DNA of 46,671 nucleotides from Candidatus Enterenecus avicola (GTDB lineage Bacteria; Bacillota; Clostridia; Oscillospirales; Oscillospiraceae), in NCBI GenBank assembly GCA_018715985.1, contig DVKO01000114.1:1-46671 (forward strand). The letters are read 5' to 3'. This document shows positions 46,339 through 46,671 of the stretch, one piece after another. The notes beneath the pieces are model-generated. The model saw nothing but the letters and a program-made list of their open reading frames with translations, did not search any database and had not been told where the DNA came from. The translations under genes were made by a program, and so were the position numbers. Position 1 is the first letter of the stretch. Every line of letters begins with the position of its first letter.

Positions 46339-46445
46339 TATCTCCAGCAGCTGCACAGCTTCTCCATTAAAATCTGCATCCACAATTCTGCCAATTCTCC
46401 GCCTCGATTGGGGTCTTCCATCACAAAATGCACCGTTTTTTTCAT
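46338..46445 (-). CDS. Small hypothetical protein, 35 aa (MKKTVHFVMEDPNRGGELAELWMQILMEKLCSCWR); candidate recombination directionality factor
   Basis: Strong GGGGAGGAGG RBS before ATG 46445; directly upstream of the recombinase. Confidence 0.55.
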   Translation of the reverse strand: MKKTVHFVMEDPNRGGELAELWMQILMEKLCSCWR

Positions 46446-46466
46446 GGGGCTTCCCTCCTCCCCAAC

Positions 46467-46497
46467 AGCATATGAGCATCTCCCCCGCCCATATACC
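46467..46497 (-). promoter_or_regulatory. Putative mother-cell sigma-E-type promoter
   Basis: Minus-strand GGTATAT-N16-CATATGCT matches the B. subtilis sigE consensus ATA-N16/18-CATAcanT; directly upstream of the small ORF RBS. Confidence 0.5.
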
Positions 46498-46517
46498 AAG
46501 GGAGCTGGGCATAAAAA

Positions 46518-46544
46518 CAGGGGCCGACCCATGGTCGGCCCCTG
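46518..46544. terminator. Terminator hairpin (insertion target of MITE copy C)
   Basis: CAGGGGCCGACC-CAT-GGTCGGCCCCTG preceded by an A run (T tract on the minus strand). Confidence 0.75.
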
Positions 46545-46671
46545 AGCGTGTCGAAAAAGTTCGACACGCTTCTCAAAAATGCAAGCATTTTTTCGAGGGG
46601 ATGCAGCCCGCTGCGCGCAGAATCGGGTCAAAGGACGACCCGATTCCACACTGGCGGGCTGAGAAGTGTTT
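46544..46671 (+). mobile_element. MITE copy C (cut by the window end)
   Basis: Near-identical to 44130-44257; starts GAGCGTGTCGAAAAAG right after the hairpin. Confidence 0.85.

Larger units (their letters stand above)
44839..46671 (-). mobile_element. Left part of an integrated serine-recombinase element (skin-like), continuing beyond the window
   Basis: att-like dyad, large serine recombinase, small upstream ORF and sigma-E-like promoter; interrupts a host gene. Confidence 0.65.

Noticed and set aside
46446-46649. 103-aa ORF 46338..46649 and similar ORFs at 34456-35357 and 43875-44615
   Set aside because: These are translations of the MITE or of antisense sequence with no transposase motifs; only the last 35 codons of the first have an RBS.

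Overview
GC-rich Clostridia-type chromosomal segment (gene content, fusions and sporulation-type promoters suggest Oscillospiraceae; inference). It is mostly housekeeping: tRNA-Arg(ACG); pyrC-pyrF-pyrK-pyrD plus a histidine-phosphatase/GNAT fusion; rubrerythrin; smc-ftsY-rph-rdgB-yhbY-nadD/yqeK-rsfS; thrR-like ACT-hom-lysC; a class A PBP; DUF1292; 6S RNA; a PrsA-like foldase; purE-C-F-M-N; a ZTP-riboswitch-controlled IMP cyclohydrolase-purH-purD unit; cls; dnaE; and murB-rapZ-yvcK-whiA. The most notable locus is at the right end. The 3' half of a Cys-rich, CsxA-like spore-surface gene (44434-44841, -) starts at the centre of a dyad att-like site (44824-44855). That centre coincides with the stop codon of a large serine recombinase (44841-46292, -), which is preceded by an unannotated 35-aa ORF and a sigma-E-like promoter. 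This looks like a skin-like element that is excised during sporulation and interrupts an exosporium/coat gene; the other end lies outside the window. Also present are three copies of a hairpin-rich ~265-bp MITE inserted at intrinsic terminators (one with a 29-31 bp duplication), a structured attenuator-like purE leader I cannot assign to a known class, and a PurF lacking the catalytic N-terminal Cys. All family calls come from motif recognition without database searches; start codons were adjusted by RBS position.
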